DNA from: Amoebidium appalachense
Lineage: Eukaryota > Protista > Ichthyosporea
Direction of reading: 5' to 3'
DNA: 64,000 nucleotides
Assembly (NCBI GenBank): GCA_963693365.1
Contig: CAVNZM010000020.1
Coordinates: forward strand, 1-64,000
Positions within the stretch are counted from its first letter, which is position 1. Each line of letters starts with the position of its first letter. A model generated the notes under the pieces. That model was not told the DNA's origin. It saw nothing but the letters and a program-made list of their open reading frames with translations, and ran no database searches. The position numbers and the translations under genes were made by a program. Shown here piece by piece: positions 13,608 through 49,129 of the stretch.

Positions 13608-14100
13608 TACATGCACACACACGGTGCATTTCCCCCCCTCCCCTTCCCTCTCCACAGAGCACACACACACACACGTGCACACATGCACACACAAGTGCAT
13701 CCCCCCTCTCCCCCCCTGCCCTTTCAACTTAGCACATACACACACACAGACATGCACACACACACAACATACACAGACATCCACACATCAGACACAGACA
13801 CGCATACACACACACACACAGGCACACACACACATATGCACATATGCACACACAGACACACACATGCACATGCACACTCACATATGCACACACACACACA
13901 CGCAAACACACACACACACACACACACACATACAGATATGCACACACACACACTGTCTCTCTCTCTTTTATCCCTCCCTCCCACCCACCCTCCCCCCTCC
14001 CCCCTCCCTCCCTCCCTCCCAACCATCCCTCCCTCCCTCCCTCCGTCCCTCCCTCCCTCCCTCCCCCCGTCCCTCCCTCCCTCCGTCCCTCCCTCCATCC

Positions 14101-14140
<40 letters not shown>

Positions 14141-14172
14141 CACACACACACATGCACATGCACATGCACATG
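12920..14172. repeat. Composite (CA)n / CCCT-rich low-complexity repeat
   Basis: Directly visible; source of spurious HT/CV-repeat ORFs. Confidence 0.95.
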
Positions 14173-14187
14173 CACCCCTTGTAGCAT

Positions 14188-16832
14188 AGAACCCCCCTTG
14201 TAGCATAGTATATGTACATATGTTACCTAGACATTATTGGGTTTTCAATAACTACCCACAGAACAGCCTCTAGCACGAGAAATTTACCACAACGTTTATG
14301 GGGGGGATGGGGAATGTGCCCCTGGAGTACGAGGGTCACACAAAAAAAAACACAACGTTGTAGCTCGTATAGAACCCCCCCTGTAGCATAGAATATGCAC
14401 ATATGTTACCTAGACATTATTGGTTTTTCAATAACTACCCACAGAATAGCCTCTAGCACGAGACAGTTACCACAAAGTGTATGGGGGGGATGGGGAATGT
14501 GCCCCTGGAGTAGGAGGGTCACACGAAAAAAAACACAACGTTGTAGCTCGTATAGAACCCCCCTTGTAGCATAGTATATGTACATGCGTTGCTTACACAT
14601 TATTGGTTTTTTCAATAACTATCCACAGAACAGCTTCTAGCACGAGACGGTTACCACAAAGTTTGTGGGGGGGATGGTGAATGTGCCCCTGGAGTAGGAG
14701 GGTCACACGAAAAAAACACAACGTTGTAGCTCGAATAGAACCCCCCTTGTAGCATAGTATATGTACATGCGTTGCTTACACATTATTGGTTTTTTCAATA
14801 ACTACCCACAGAACAGCTTCTAGCACGAGAACGTTACCACACAGTGTATGGGGGGGATGGTGAATGTGCCCCTGGAGTACAAGGGTCACACGAAAAAAAC
14901 ACAACGTTGTAGCTCGTATAGAACCCCCCTTGTAGCATAGTATATGTACATAGTATGTTACCTAGACATTATTGGTTTTTTCAATAACTACCCACAGAAC
15001 AGCTTCTAGCACGAGAGCTTTACCACAACGTTTATGGGGGGGATGGTGAATGTGCCCCTGGAGTACGAGGGTCACACGAAAAAAACACAACATTGTAGCT
15101 CGAATAGAACCCCCCTTGTAGCATAGTATAAGTACATGTGTTACCTAGACATTGTTCGTTTTTTCAATAACTACCCACAGAACAGCTTCTAGCACGAGAG
15201 CTTTACCACAACGTTTATTGGGGGGATGGTGAATGTGCCCCTGGAGTACGAGGGTCACACGAAAAAAACACAACGTTGTAGGTCGTATAGAACCCCCCTT
15301 GTAGCATAGTATATGTACATAGTATGTTACCTAGACATTATTGGTTTTTTCAATAACTACCCACAGAACAGCTTCTAGCACGAGAACTTTACCGCAACGT
15401 TTATGGGGGGGATGGAGAATGTGCCCCTGGAGTACGAGGGTCACACGAAAAAAACACAATGTTGTAGCTCGAATAGACCCCCCTTGTAGCATAGTATATG
15501 TCCATGTGTTACCTAGACATTATTGGTTGTTTCAATAACTACCCACAGAACAGCTTCTAGCACGAGACATTTACCACAAAGTGTATGGGGGGGATGGTAA
15601 ATGTGCCCCTGGAGTACAAGGGTCACACGAAAAAAACACAACGTTGTAGCTCGTATAGAACCCCCCTTGTAGCATAGCATATGTACATGTGTTACCTAGA
15701 CATTATTGGTTTTTTCAATAACTACCCACAGAACAGCTTCTAGCACGAGAGCTTTACCACAACGTTTATGGGGGGGATGGAGAATGTGCCCCTGGAGTAC
15801 GAGGGTCACACGAAAAAAACACAACGTTGTAGCTCGTATAGAACCCCCCTTGTAGCATAGTATATGTACATATGCTACCTAGACATTATTGGTTTTTCAA
15901 TAACTACCCACAGAACAGCCTCTAGCACGAGAGATTTACCACAAAGTTTATGGGGTGGATGGTGAATGTGCCCCTGGAGTACGAGGGTCACACGAAAAAA
16001 ACACAACATTGTAGCTCGAATAGAACCCCCCTTGTAGCATAGTATAAGTACATGTGTTACCTAGACATTATTCGTTTTTTCAATAACTACCCACAGAACA
16101 GCTTCTAGCACGAGAGCTTTACCACAAAGTTTATGGGGGGGATGGTGAATGTGCCCCTGGAGTACGAGGGTCACACGAAAAGAACACAACGTTGTAGCTC
16201 GTATAGAACCCCCCTTGTAGCATAGTATATGTACATAGTATGTTACCTAGACATTATTGGTTTTTTTAATAACTACCCACAGAACAGCTTCTAGCACGAG
16301 ACATTTACCACAAAGTTTATGGGGGGGATGGAGAATGGGCCCCTGGAGTACGAGGGTCACACGAAAAAAACACAACGTTGTAGCTCGAATAGACCCCCCT
16401 TGTAGCATAGTATATGTCCATGTGTTACCTAGACATTATTGGTTGTTTCAATAACTACCCACAGAACAGCATCTAGCACGAGACATTTACCAAAAAGTTT
16501 ATGGGGGGGATGGTGAATGTGCCCCTTGAGTACGAGGGTCACACAAAAAAAACACAACATTGTAGCTCGAATAGAACCCCCCTTGTAGCATAGCATATGT
16601 ACATGTGTTACCTAGACATTATTCGTTTTTTCAATAACTACCCACAGAACAGCTTCTAGCACGAGAACGTTACCACAAAGTTTATGGGGGGGATGGTGAA
16701 TGTGCCCCTGGAGTACGAGGGTCACACGAAAAAAACACAACGTTGTAGCTCGTATAGAACCCCCTTTGTAGCATAGTATATGTACATAGTATGTTACCTA
16801 GACATTATTGGTTTTTTCAATTAACTACCCAC
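14188..16832. repeat. Tandem satellite, ~183-bp monomer, ~14.4 copies
   Basis: Anchor AGA(A)CCCCC recurs at 14188, 14371, 14554, 14737, 14920, 15106, 15289, 15475, 15657, 15840, 16022, 16205, 16391, 16573, 16756. Confidence 0.97.
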
Positions 16833-17463
16833 ATGCGGCATGTGTTACTTTCACGATATTGGTTTCCTAGCACGGGATATTCAGCACACAGTTGGGGATG
16901 TGGGGGCAGTGTACACCTCAATATTGGTAAGGTGGTGGGTGGGTTGGGGGGGGGGGGGGGGGGGGGGGGGGAGGGGGGGGGGGGTTCCACACAACCGAAA
17001 CTGTCGGTGTTACAAGTGGTTCGGTCTTAGGAAGTTAGAACGGTGATTTTTTAATTAATAGCGGGAAACAATATTATCCCCATTGCATATGGGGGGAACG
17101 AGGAGGGGGGGGAGGGGGGGGGGGGGGGGGTTCACAACGAATTCTATCGACTGTGCATAATTAATGTATATTGCACATGTAGCCTAAAAGATTAAAGTGA
17201 ATGTGTGTATGTATATGTGCGAGTATATTTGTGTATGCAATACATGTACAATGTTTTCGTCTTTGTAGGTGGGTGGGTGGGGTGGGTGGGGGGGGGGGGG
17301 GGGGGGGGGGGGGGGGTGCGCGGGGGGGGAAGAGGGAGGGGGGGAGGGGGCATCATGATCAGGGATAACAGGGTGTGTGCGTGTGTGCGCTTGTGTGTGC
17401 ATGTGCTGTGTGTGTTGTGTAGGTGTGCGCCTGTGTGTGTGTGCGTGCCTGTGTGTGCGCGCC

Positions 17464-17495
<32 letters not shown>

Positions 17496-19760
17496 GTGCA
17501 TGTGTGAGTGTGTGTGCGTGCGCGCGCGCGTGTGTGTGTGTGTGTGTGTGTGTGTGATTTCAAAGAAGTCAAAAGCGCCAGTGACACCCATGTTGAAAAA
17601 AAGAGAAGCAAGCACGCTAAGAAGGACAGCAAGAAGTAACAGAAACCCTTTCATGCCGAAAAAATGGTCAAGAACAAAGAAGTGGAGGACACGTAACTAT
17701 AGTCTGATAGTTGTGACTAAGGGCACTAAGGGTAGCGCTAAGGGCACCAAGCTGATGCACGCGCGCGCGCGAGCCGAAATCTATTTTTATCTTTTTCCTA
17801 ATCAGGCGCGGCGAATAGTGATTGGCTAAATCCCAATCCGGTTTGCAATTTTTTCTCCATTTAAGCCTGTACGCACGTTGTTTTCTCCATTTCTCTTCCC
17901 CCTTCCCGCAGGTCCGCAGGTCCTTTCCCGCAGGTCGCCTGGTCGCAGTTCCCTTCCCGCAGCGCCTGGTCACAGATCCCCTCCGCAGATCGCGCAGCAA
18001 CCGTGCTGATTGTTTTGGACCATGCTGCATGCTGCAGCTTCTTCTTGAAGGTTAGTTTTGTGTTGCCTGCTTTTGTGCATATGGCGTTTGTCTGTCTGGT
18101 CTGTGTCTGTGTCTGTGTGTGTGTGTGTATGTGTGTGTGCGTGCGTGCGTGCGTGTGCGTGTGTCTGCTGGCTGCAGATGCACGTTGCCTTTCACGTTCA
18201 TGAACCAGCGACTGTGGGCACCACTTTTGCTGTTAGCACTATAGCTATCATCCCCTCCACCGATCGTTCAAGCTATTTTCTGCTTCTCTAGACTTCATAA
18301 GTTCTGGTCCGGGTTTCCGTCCTTACTATGTTTGAGGTTGGTTCTGTCGACTCTTTTTTTGCCACTCTCAGTCAGCCCCCTCAGTCCCCCCCCCCCCCCC
18401 CCCCCCCCCTCCCCCCACTTCTCGCAAGTAGGATGAGCTAATTTATAGCTCGAGTTCCTTTACAGGTTTTGGCAAGGTTGGCCCATGAAGTCATCAGCAG
18501 CTATAAGGCTACGTTATCATCTAGAGGTGGGTACCGGCTCTTTGTCCTATGGCTGCTGTTGTTTCCGTTTTTCGTTTCATAGGTGGGTACCGGCTCTTTG
18601 TCCTGTTAAGGTAAATAAAGTATGGAGGCAAGACCCTGTGGGTCTGGGGCTCTTTGTCCTATGGCTGCTGTTGTTTCCGTGTTTCGTTTCTGTGTTGCTC
18701 TTATAGCACATGAATGATCATGTGCATGTTTAGCACCCATAGGTGGGTACCGGCTCTTTGTCCTGTTAATTACTCTGCCGGCATTTGGTATGGTATGGTT
18801 TGGTGTAAGAGTGCCCCCCTTATATTGTCATGTTGGGCGTCCTTTTTTTTTTTTTGGGCCTCATACACATACACACACACCTTGTTACTCTTCTGTCAAG
18901 GGATTAGCATGTGTTTAGTGTAATGATGTTGGGAGCTTCTTAGAAACCCGCATAATAGTTTGCTTGTTTTGAGTTTTGTTTATGTTCGTTGCTGCTCTTT
19001 TATACTCCTCCCCCCCCCCCCCCCCCCCCCTCCCCCTCCCGGCTGGGGGGGAGGAAGGAGATGAGGGTGGGGAGGATGAGGATGAGGACTAGTGGGATGA
19101 TAGAAGCCTCCCCCCCCCCACCACCCTCTTTTTTTTTTTCTTTTTTTGATATGTTTTGGTGTCTAGTGCAGTCTGGAGCAGACTCCGGAGTCGAGACATA
19201 GAAATTTGTTGTATTGCAGTCTCGCTCCTGTGGAACGAGACTTAAAAATTTGTAACAAGTTGTGAGAAAAAACAAACTGTCAGGCATGGTCTCTGCTCCA
19301 GTGGAGCGAGACAAAAAAGTACATATGGTATCCGTCTCTGCTCCTGTGGAGCGAGACGCAAAGAAACATCTTTATGCGCTCTTCTTACCGTCTGATGTCA
19401 TATTGTATGTGTCCTTACAGTGATTTTATGACGTATGATGTATGATATCATTATCATACATTGAACATGCCATTATGCATGTAAGGATGGGTTTATGACG
19501 CACCAAAAAGCACATTGTGCATGTGCATAGCACACTCTTACAACATATGCAAGTGTACGTTACGACGTCAAATGTATTAATATGCGTCATCTACATTATA
19601 TGTCGTAATGTCCTCCTATGCATCTGTTTACAACATCGTAATGTAATCTGTAGTAGGATGCAAATCACATCTTATGATAGGTCATGGGGTAGCACAAACC
19701 CACCCATGGTATATCCACTGGTTGTGTTTCGGATGTCGGAAAGGGCGTCTGAACGATTAA

Positions 19761-19790
19761 CAGATAATGGGAGAAATTGTAAAGTTTACA
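19761..19790 (+). repeat. Left TIR CAGATAATGGGAGAAATTGTAAAGTTTACA
   Basis: Matches the reverse complement of 50303-50332 at 28/30 positions. Confidence 0.88.
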
Positions 19791-21065
19791 TTTTGTGACG
19801 TGGTGCCACAACGGGGGTATTTTATTAGCATACGAATAGTAAATGCTGAGCTGGGGACCCGGCAGGAAAGATATCGACCAACGGGGACGGCCCGTCATGA
19901 GCGGTGTTCGGATACAAAAACACAGCAAAATATTGACATGAAAACATCCGAACGGGGCCTGCACGTTCGTGTCAAATTATTCATATCATCCAATTCGGAT
20001 TCTGAGAGTCCACCAAGAAGACAAAACGAACAAAAAACGTGCCCATCACAGATTTGTGGTGAAACACGTCTTCGGGGAAACACGTATTCCGGAATATATA
20101 TTAGAATCAAAATAAGCATGTTCCAGGAGCCATAAGACGTGTCTGCAAGTCCATGAGCAAGACGTTATAGAAGTTAGACAGTATTGATACAAACATATTC
20201 CGGAATACGATATTATGGGACAAGTGGGTTTGCTGTGGTTTGGGTCACGTAAAGATCTCATAGCTGAGCAGTCCCCAACGTGCAGAAAAACACATATTCC
20301 GGAATATGTTAATCGGCCTATTGCAAACCCAGTTTTGTGCATCCTCAACCATACATGCCCGTGCTATGGACCAGAAAAACTGATACACTTATTGGTGTCA
20401 AGAGAACCAACCCAACCCCACCCCAATCCCAACCACCATCTACTCGAGCTAGTAGAGACAAAAGCCCTAAAACATAACATAACACAACATAACACAAAAA
20501 AAAAAAACACAAGCCCGTTCGTTCGTTTGTTCGTTCCATGAGCATGTAAAAATATGTCAAGATAAAATGTGGCTGAAGGACAGGAAGCCGTTTATTCATT
20601 CAATCATTCATTCATTCTTTACTTTCACTGAACGACGAGTGAATTCTCTAGAACATGTGTTTCAATACAAATATTGATGCAAATGAATACAAATTTATAT
20701 ATACCCACAGGGTATAACGTGATGGTCATTCGAGCAAACATCATGGCCATTGCAGCTGTTGTTGTCGTCATTTGGGGCGCAAGCGCTTTGCAATCGGCTA
20801 GAAAAACATACTAAGGCTTAGCGGCAAAGGTGGGGGTGGGCTGTCGGCATCATACTCAGCGTCTACACGGTGGGTTGCATGGTGTTGAGTGCTTTCCTGA
20901 ATGATATCAGGTTCTCGGACACCATGTTCTTGACCTATGTTTGTGTGTGTGCGTGTGCGCGTGTGTGCGCGTGTGTGCGTGTGCGTGTGCGTGTGTGCGT
21001 GTGCGATAGATTGTTAGCAGACTTATTTTCAACAAAAGTCAAAAAAAATTCCTAGAATATCCTTT

Positions 21066-34811
<13,746 letters not shown>

Positions 34812-34987
34812 GTGTTTTGTGTGATCCCCTAATTAGAGGACGCCCCGACTGAATAGAGAGAGCACTCCGTCAATCATTTGCGGGCCGTGTCAGGCGAACA
34901 TTCCTTGGCGCTGCTTGAGTTTCTTATGTTTTTATCCAATCGTTAGAGGCCCGCGTCATGCGGGCATTCCACAACTTGCGACCACAC

Positions 34988-35137
34988 AGATGTATGGACT
35001 TCGGATTAAAAGTATGTATAATTGAAAGTAAATGTTGCTATGTAATAGCACTCTATGTCATAGTACTAGCGGGAGAAGGAAACGTGGCCCTGGAACAATA
35101 GGGATATCACTCATTTGATTTTGTATGGCGGGGGGGA

Positions 35138-35168
<31 letters not shown>

Positions 35169-35925
35169 GCTTTCACAGCGACGCGAGCCGACTGGGCGCG
35201 TTATGATGGTGACGTGGGCTCTGGTAGTCCGCCGGAGACTCTGCTTGATGTGGAAACGTGCGTGGAAAGTAACAGTCCAATCGGAAAAAACCCGCGGCAC
35301 GCGAACATTCTATATGGAAGAGCATCAGGCAAACATTCAAGATAGCGGGTTTGCCAATCAAATTTGATAACGGGGCATAAAAATCATTATAACGGGACAT
35401 AAGAAAAATGGCCCACAATTTATGCGCTCCATTCACTTACGGGCCATAAAAAATATTTTAACGGGACATAAGAAAAATGACGCACAATTTATGCGCTCCA
35501 TTCAAGGTATCGCGTGCGCTGTGTTTATATGTGGGGGGGGGGGCTGGATTGCCATGACATTGCGAGGACACAGGTGTATGGACTTCGTTTGTTGAATGGA
35601 TTAAAATTATGGACAATGGAAAGTAAATGTTGCTATGTAATAGTACTCTATGTAATAGTACTAGCGGGACGAGGAAACGTGGTCCTTAAACAATAGGAAG
35701 ATCATTTGGGGGACGCCAGCCGGAGGGACGCGTTATCATGGTGCAGGGGACTCTGGTAGTCCACCGTAGACTCTGGTTCATGTGGAAACAGTTGTAATCT
35801 TGCGTGCAGAGTAACAGCCCAATCGAAAGAAGCCCGCAGCACGCGAACATTCCATACGGAAGAGCATCAGGCAAACATTCCAGATAGCGGGTTTGCCAAT
35901 CAAATTCGATAACTGGGCATAAATA
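34988..35925. repeat. Degenerate direct duplication (~34988-35380 and ~35571-35920) in the divergent intergenic region, with a 69-bp tandem duplication between the copies
   Basis: Shared strings such as GAAAGTAAATGTTGCTATGTAATAG and GGAAGAGCATCAGGCAAACATTC.AGATAGCGGGTTTGCCAATCAAATT. Confidence 0.85.
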
Positions 35926-36153
35926 TCAATTTATGCGGTCACACCACTTTGGATGGCGTGTGTGTTCAAGATGTCGCGTGCACTGTCTTTATATGTAACA
36001 TTGCAACATTGCGATGGCACGTACGAGTGTGGGTGGAAGCGTGTGAGCGAATGTGCATGTTCGTGTGTGTGTGTGTGTTTGTGTGGGCTGGTGTACACAT
36101 GTGTACATGGTTTTGTGTGCATGTGTGTTGGGTGTTGGGGTGTGTGCGTGTGT

Positions 36154-36184
<31 letters not shown>

Positions 36185-36215
36185 GGGGGGGGTACGTCCG
36201 TCCAAAGGCCAGACA

Positions 36216-36247
<32 letters not shown>

Positions 36248-36908
36248 GGGGGGGAGCGCGGGTGGGTCGTGGGCGGGTGGGCCATGTGTGGTGTACAAAT
36301 AACCATGACGTAATACGCGAACGTCAAAGCGCAGTCACCCTCGCTCGATCTGATTAGTTTATGCTGCACGTACTACCGCAAACATGTTGATGTCGAAACC
36401 AAGGAGTTGGACTGCCACTGTCACGGTCTCGCCAGACTGGGCCACCGTTACTGCACAGGACACGGAACCAGACCACCTGGTGGCCGTGCAAGTGTGCGTC
36501 GTTGGTTCCATGCCAGGGTGGTTTCAGTTCAAGAACTTTTCTGGACACACGACGAGCGTGATGAGTGCCTCGAGGAAACACTCTATTCCACTGTGTTTGT
36601 GGAGTACAGCGACCTCGAACAGTTTGTTACACGCACCGACGGCCAAGGCAATTTTTTTTTATGCTTTCTTCATCATTCCAGGGGGGGGGGGGGGGGGGGG
36701 GGGTTGATTGTCGGGGTGTCGGGGTGATCGTCCAAGACTTGAGCTTGATAATTAGAATGATCTGCTATGGGCAGTGGCTCACGAGCCACGAACCAGTCAG
36801 GGTGCTGGACTGCAGTTAATAAACTCTGTAAATCGAAGTAGCATCGTCTCACAACCGTGCATCCTGTCAACGGTACATGCAGTACGCACAGTACGCACAT
36901 AGTCAAAC

Positions 36909-37832
36909 ATGGGTAATTTTTTGAATACTGTATGGAGCTGTTTCACGGCCCCAAAAGACCTCTCTGAGATACGTACGCGCTGGGCAAAAAAAATAACTGG
37001 TAAAGAGAGAATTTACCCATATGCTGTCCGTGTAAGAGATTGGCCAACCACACTCCAGTTCGTTGCAGATGGACTATCCAAGCATGTTCCAGCTGGGTAC
37101 GAGCAATTTCTGCGCCCTGATAACATCTACGTGTACCCCAACCGTGGGCCACGTGAGGATGGTACATTCGACGACATCAACACCAGTTTCTACATCAGGG
37201 CTGCAGAACCATCCAACCCCGAGGCCAATTTTCTACTGAGGGTGTCCACTTCGAATTCGCAGACCTTGAAGGCCATTATCCGTGAATCTGCAATGGAGGG
37301 TCTACCCGAACGCATGGTTGCCGCGGGTATTGAGTTGATGTGCAAAGGGGAACACCAAGGCATCGGGTGGCTAGAGCACCCAGTCACACTGGATCCCGGA
37401 GAGGTGGCCAGTGGGATTCAACCAGCCACCGTCGAGCACGGAGAGAAAACCATTGCAGCATTGAGTGATCAATTTCTGCTCGAGCAGGCGCATGCTGGCC
37501 GCAGCATCGGAACCGTGCCTAGAGGGGCACACATCCGTGCCATGGGTCTTACACCGGAAGACGAAATGGCGTGGAGAACATACCACGACAGCCGCGCATC
37601 CCTTTGCTTCCGTTGCAGGCATGCCAACGGCACAAACAACACCCTGCGGTCTCTGCGCACCGAGAGGGTGAACAAGATTGCGAGGGAAATTGTGGATACC
37701 GTTAACACAATTGTCATTGCATCCTCACACGACGCTCGCATACGTAGTGCCCGTGCAGACTATCTGGAGGCCGCCGATGAACTTCAGGCTTACCTGCAGC
37801 TAGTTATTGCACAGTGCTCTAGGTTGTACTGA
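36909..37832 (+). CDS. Intronless 307-aa hypothetical protein with a predicted N-myristoylation start (MGNFLNTVWSC)
   Basis: Long, normal-complexity ORF with an AAACATGG start context; no family recognised. Confidence 0.75.
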   Translation: MGNFLNTVWSCFTAPKDLSEIRTRWAKKITGKERIYPYAVRVRDWPTTLQFVADGLSKHVPAGYEQFLRPDNIYVYPNRGPREDGTFDDINTSFYIRAAEPSNPEANFLLRVSTSNSQTLKAIIRESAMEGLPERMVAAGIELMCKGEHQGIGWLEHPVTLDPGEVASGIQPATVEHGEKTIAALSDQFLLEQAHAGRSIGTVPRGAHIRAMGLTPEDEMAWRTYHDSRASLCFRCRHANGTNNTLRSLRTERVNKIAREIVDTVNTIVIASSHDARIRSARADYLEAADELQAYLQLVIAQCSRLY

Positions 37833-38159
37833 ATCGTTTAGTGTTGGATGTTGGTTTTGGACTTCACGAAATGGTCTGAAACCCTATAATGGCTTGTGTG
37901 CTCCCTGCTCTCTATGTTTTCACCGTACCACCATATCTTTGTGGAAAGGCGATTTGTGTCACTTAGGTTTCGGATTTACATTGCATTCCCAGTACGAAAT
38001 AGCGGTTGGCCTGTTTTACAAACGTAACCTGTGCTGATGCCCACTTGTAGTGTTGGGTGCCAGGTGTGATAAGTATTTGCAGGACAACGTCAAGCCATTC
38101 ACGCCCGTATTGAAAATAAAAAGAAAACTCATGTGAACACATTCTGTGGCTCGATCCAA

Positions 38160-38193
<34 letters not shown>

Positions 38194-38203
38194 TTCCCCT
38201 CCA

Positions 38204-38252
<49 letters not shown>

Positions 38253-38576
38253 CCACCCGGCCCAGTCTGACAGTGAAGCTATACTGGCACTGTTTCCCAA
38301 TTGGGGCACATTGTAACACGTTTTGTAGAGACAAGAGTGCTTCTAACAAATCACCAATGCAGGGTGGTACACCCCCCCCGTGCAGCAAGCTTTTCCCATA
38401 AGAGGCCAGGGGAGAAAGAATCGTAAGAAGTTTTCCGTTCAATAAAACCAACATATCCGTATTGAAAATACAAAGGAAACTCATGTGAGCACATTCTGTG
38501 TTTCGATCCAAGTTCCCCCCCCACACTTCCTCCCCTGCTCTCTCCAGGGTCTAATCCTACAGTCTCCTCCTCAAGT

Positions 38577-38610
<34 letters not shown>

Positions 38611-38641
38611 GTCTCAGAGTCTCTCTCCCTCTCTCCCTCCA

Positions 38642-38760
<119 letters not shown>

Positions 38761-39294
38761 CGTATATATACATATATATATATATATCTACCCTATCTCT
38801 CTCAAGCTCTCTCTCTCCCTCACACACACACTCTCTCTCTCAGTCTCTCTCTCGCTTCCCCCCCCCCCCCCCCCTCTCCCTCTCCCTCTCCCCCCTCTCT
38901 CACTCTTTCTCCGTCTCCCCCTCCCCTCTCCCTCCCTCATTCTTTCTTTGTCTCCCCCTCTCCCTTGCGTCTCTCTCTCTCTCTCTCTCGCATCCCATTC
39001 TCCGTCAGCCTCAGAGTCCGAGGCTCTCCCCCCCCCCCCCCCCCCCCCCCCCCTTCCTCCTTTCCTAGGAGTCCCCAGGCCAAAGCTCCATCAAGTCCTC
39101 TGGCCACGTCCCTTGGCCATTCCAAGTCTCCCTCCATCAGTATCACATTTCCCCCCCTCCTTCCCTCTCCCTCCCAGTATCTCTCGAAGTTCACTTTCCC
39201 CCCCTCTCCCCTCTCCCTTCCCCCCTCTCTCAGAGTCCCTTCCTCCCATCCTCAGGTCTCCCTTCGATTCCCTCAAAGCCTTCTCTCTTCCCCC

Positions 39295-39330
<36 letters not shown>

Positions 39331-40148
39331 ATATCGTGTGTTTACACTGAGGCGAAACGACGCAATCGTCGGACAGAAGGCTTATGTGCATGTGCACGAG
39401 TGACCATACGCAAGTATATGCGGTTCACTGCATATTAATGTCATAAGACAGTGGCGGCCCCGGGCCACTCGATTGACGACGACCATGTACATGTGCGGCA
39501 TATGCTAACCCCGATTTTCGGTGCGCCAGCACCATCATATGTCGTATGATATTGCTGCGTTCCTATTGGACATACCATATTCCTTTAAATGATGACACCT
39601 GATCACGCGTGTTTAGATGTCGATCGCGGACGACCAGAGTCCGGATATTGAGGTGATTTTTGCTAAGGCTGCTAAACCAAGATCGTTCCGTAACTGGTTT
39701 CGTGGTGCGGTAGAGATCATACTGCCCCCCCCCCCCCCCTCCCCCCCCCCCCCCCCCCCCCCCCCCGGCCCCTGAACAACGCAAACTATCACACGCGCAT
39801 ACTGTCAATATTTTTGTGTAATGTACATGCGGCATACAGTATGCACCCCGTATGTACACACAGTAGATGACGACTGATCAAGGTTGTACGTTAATGTTTG
39901 CGTACTTTCAAAGTTCACCCTCGATATCAACCTCGCGAGACGCCGTCATAAAAGAACCATGTTGATCAGCGAAAAACCATCGCCCAACGAGGGAGATTTC
40001 CTATTGGCGCATGCAGTACAATGCATGTCATATAAAAGCGGGATACACTCACAACCGCGCCACAATCAGACCACAATCAGACATGTGTTGTAGTACATAG
40101 TGCACAGTGGACCTTGGGTGAATACCATGATATAGCCTAATCAACACA

Positions 40149-49129
<8,981 letters not shown>

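Noticed and set aside
12846-14219. Long ORFs rich in HT/CV/PPP/GGG/ER repeats here and throughout the window
   Set aside because: Translations of (CA)n, (GA)n and poly-C/G tracts, which lack stop codons; not real proteins.
14188-16832. Possible CRISPR-like array
   Set aside because: Units are near-identical over their full 183 bp with no unique spacers; no cas genes; eukaryotic context.
19755-19760. Target-site duplication for the giant transposon
   Set aside because: Left flank ...GATTAA and right flank TTTCTA... share no direct repeat, and the LINE does not visibly resume on the left. TSD not supported; the flanks may be rearranged.
36384-36820. Small ORFs upstream of the 307-aa gene
   Set aside because: Two competing frames, no motif and no clear splice model.
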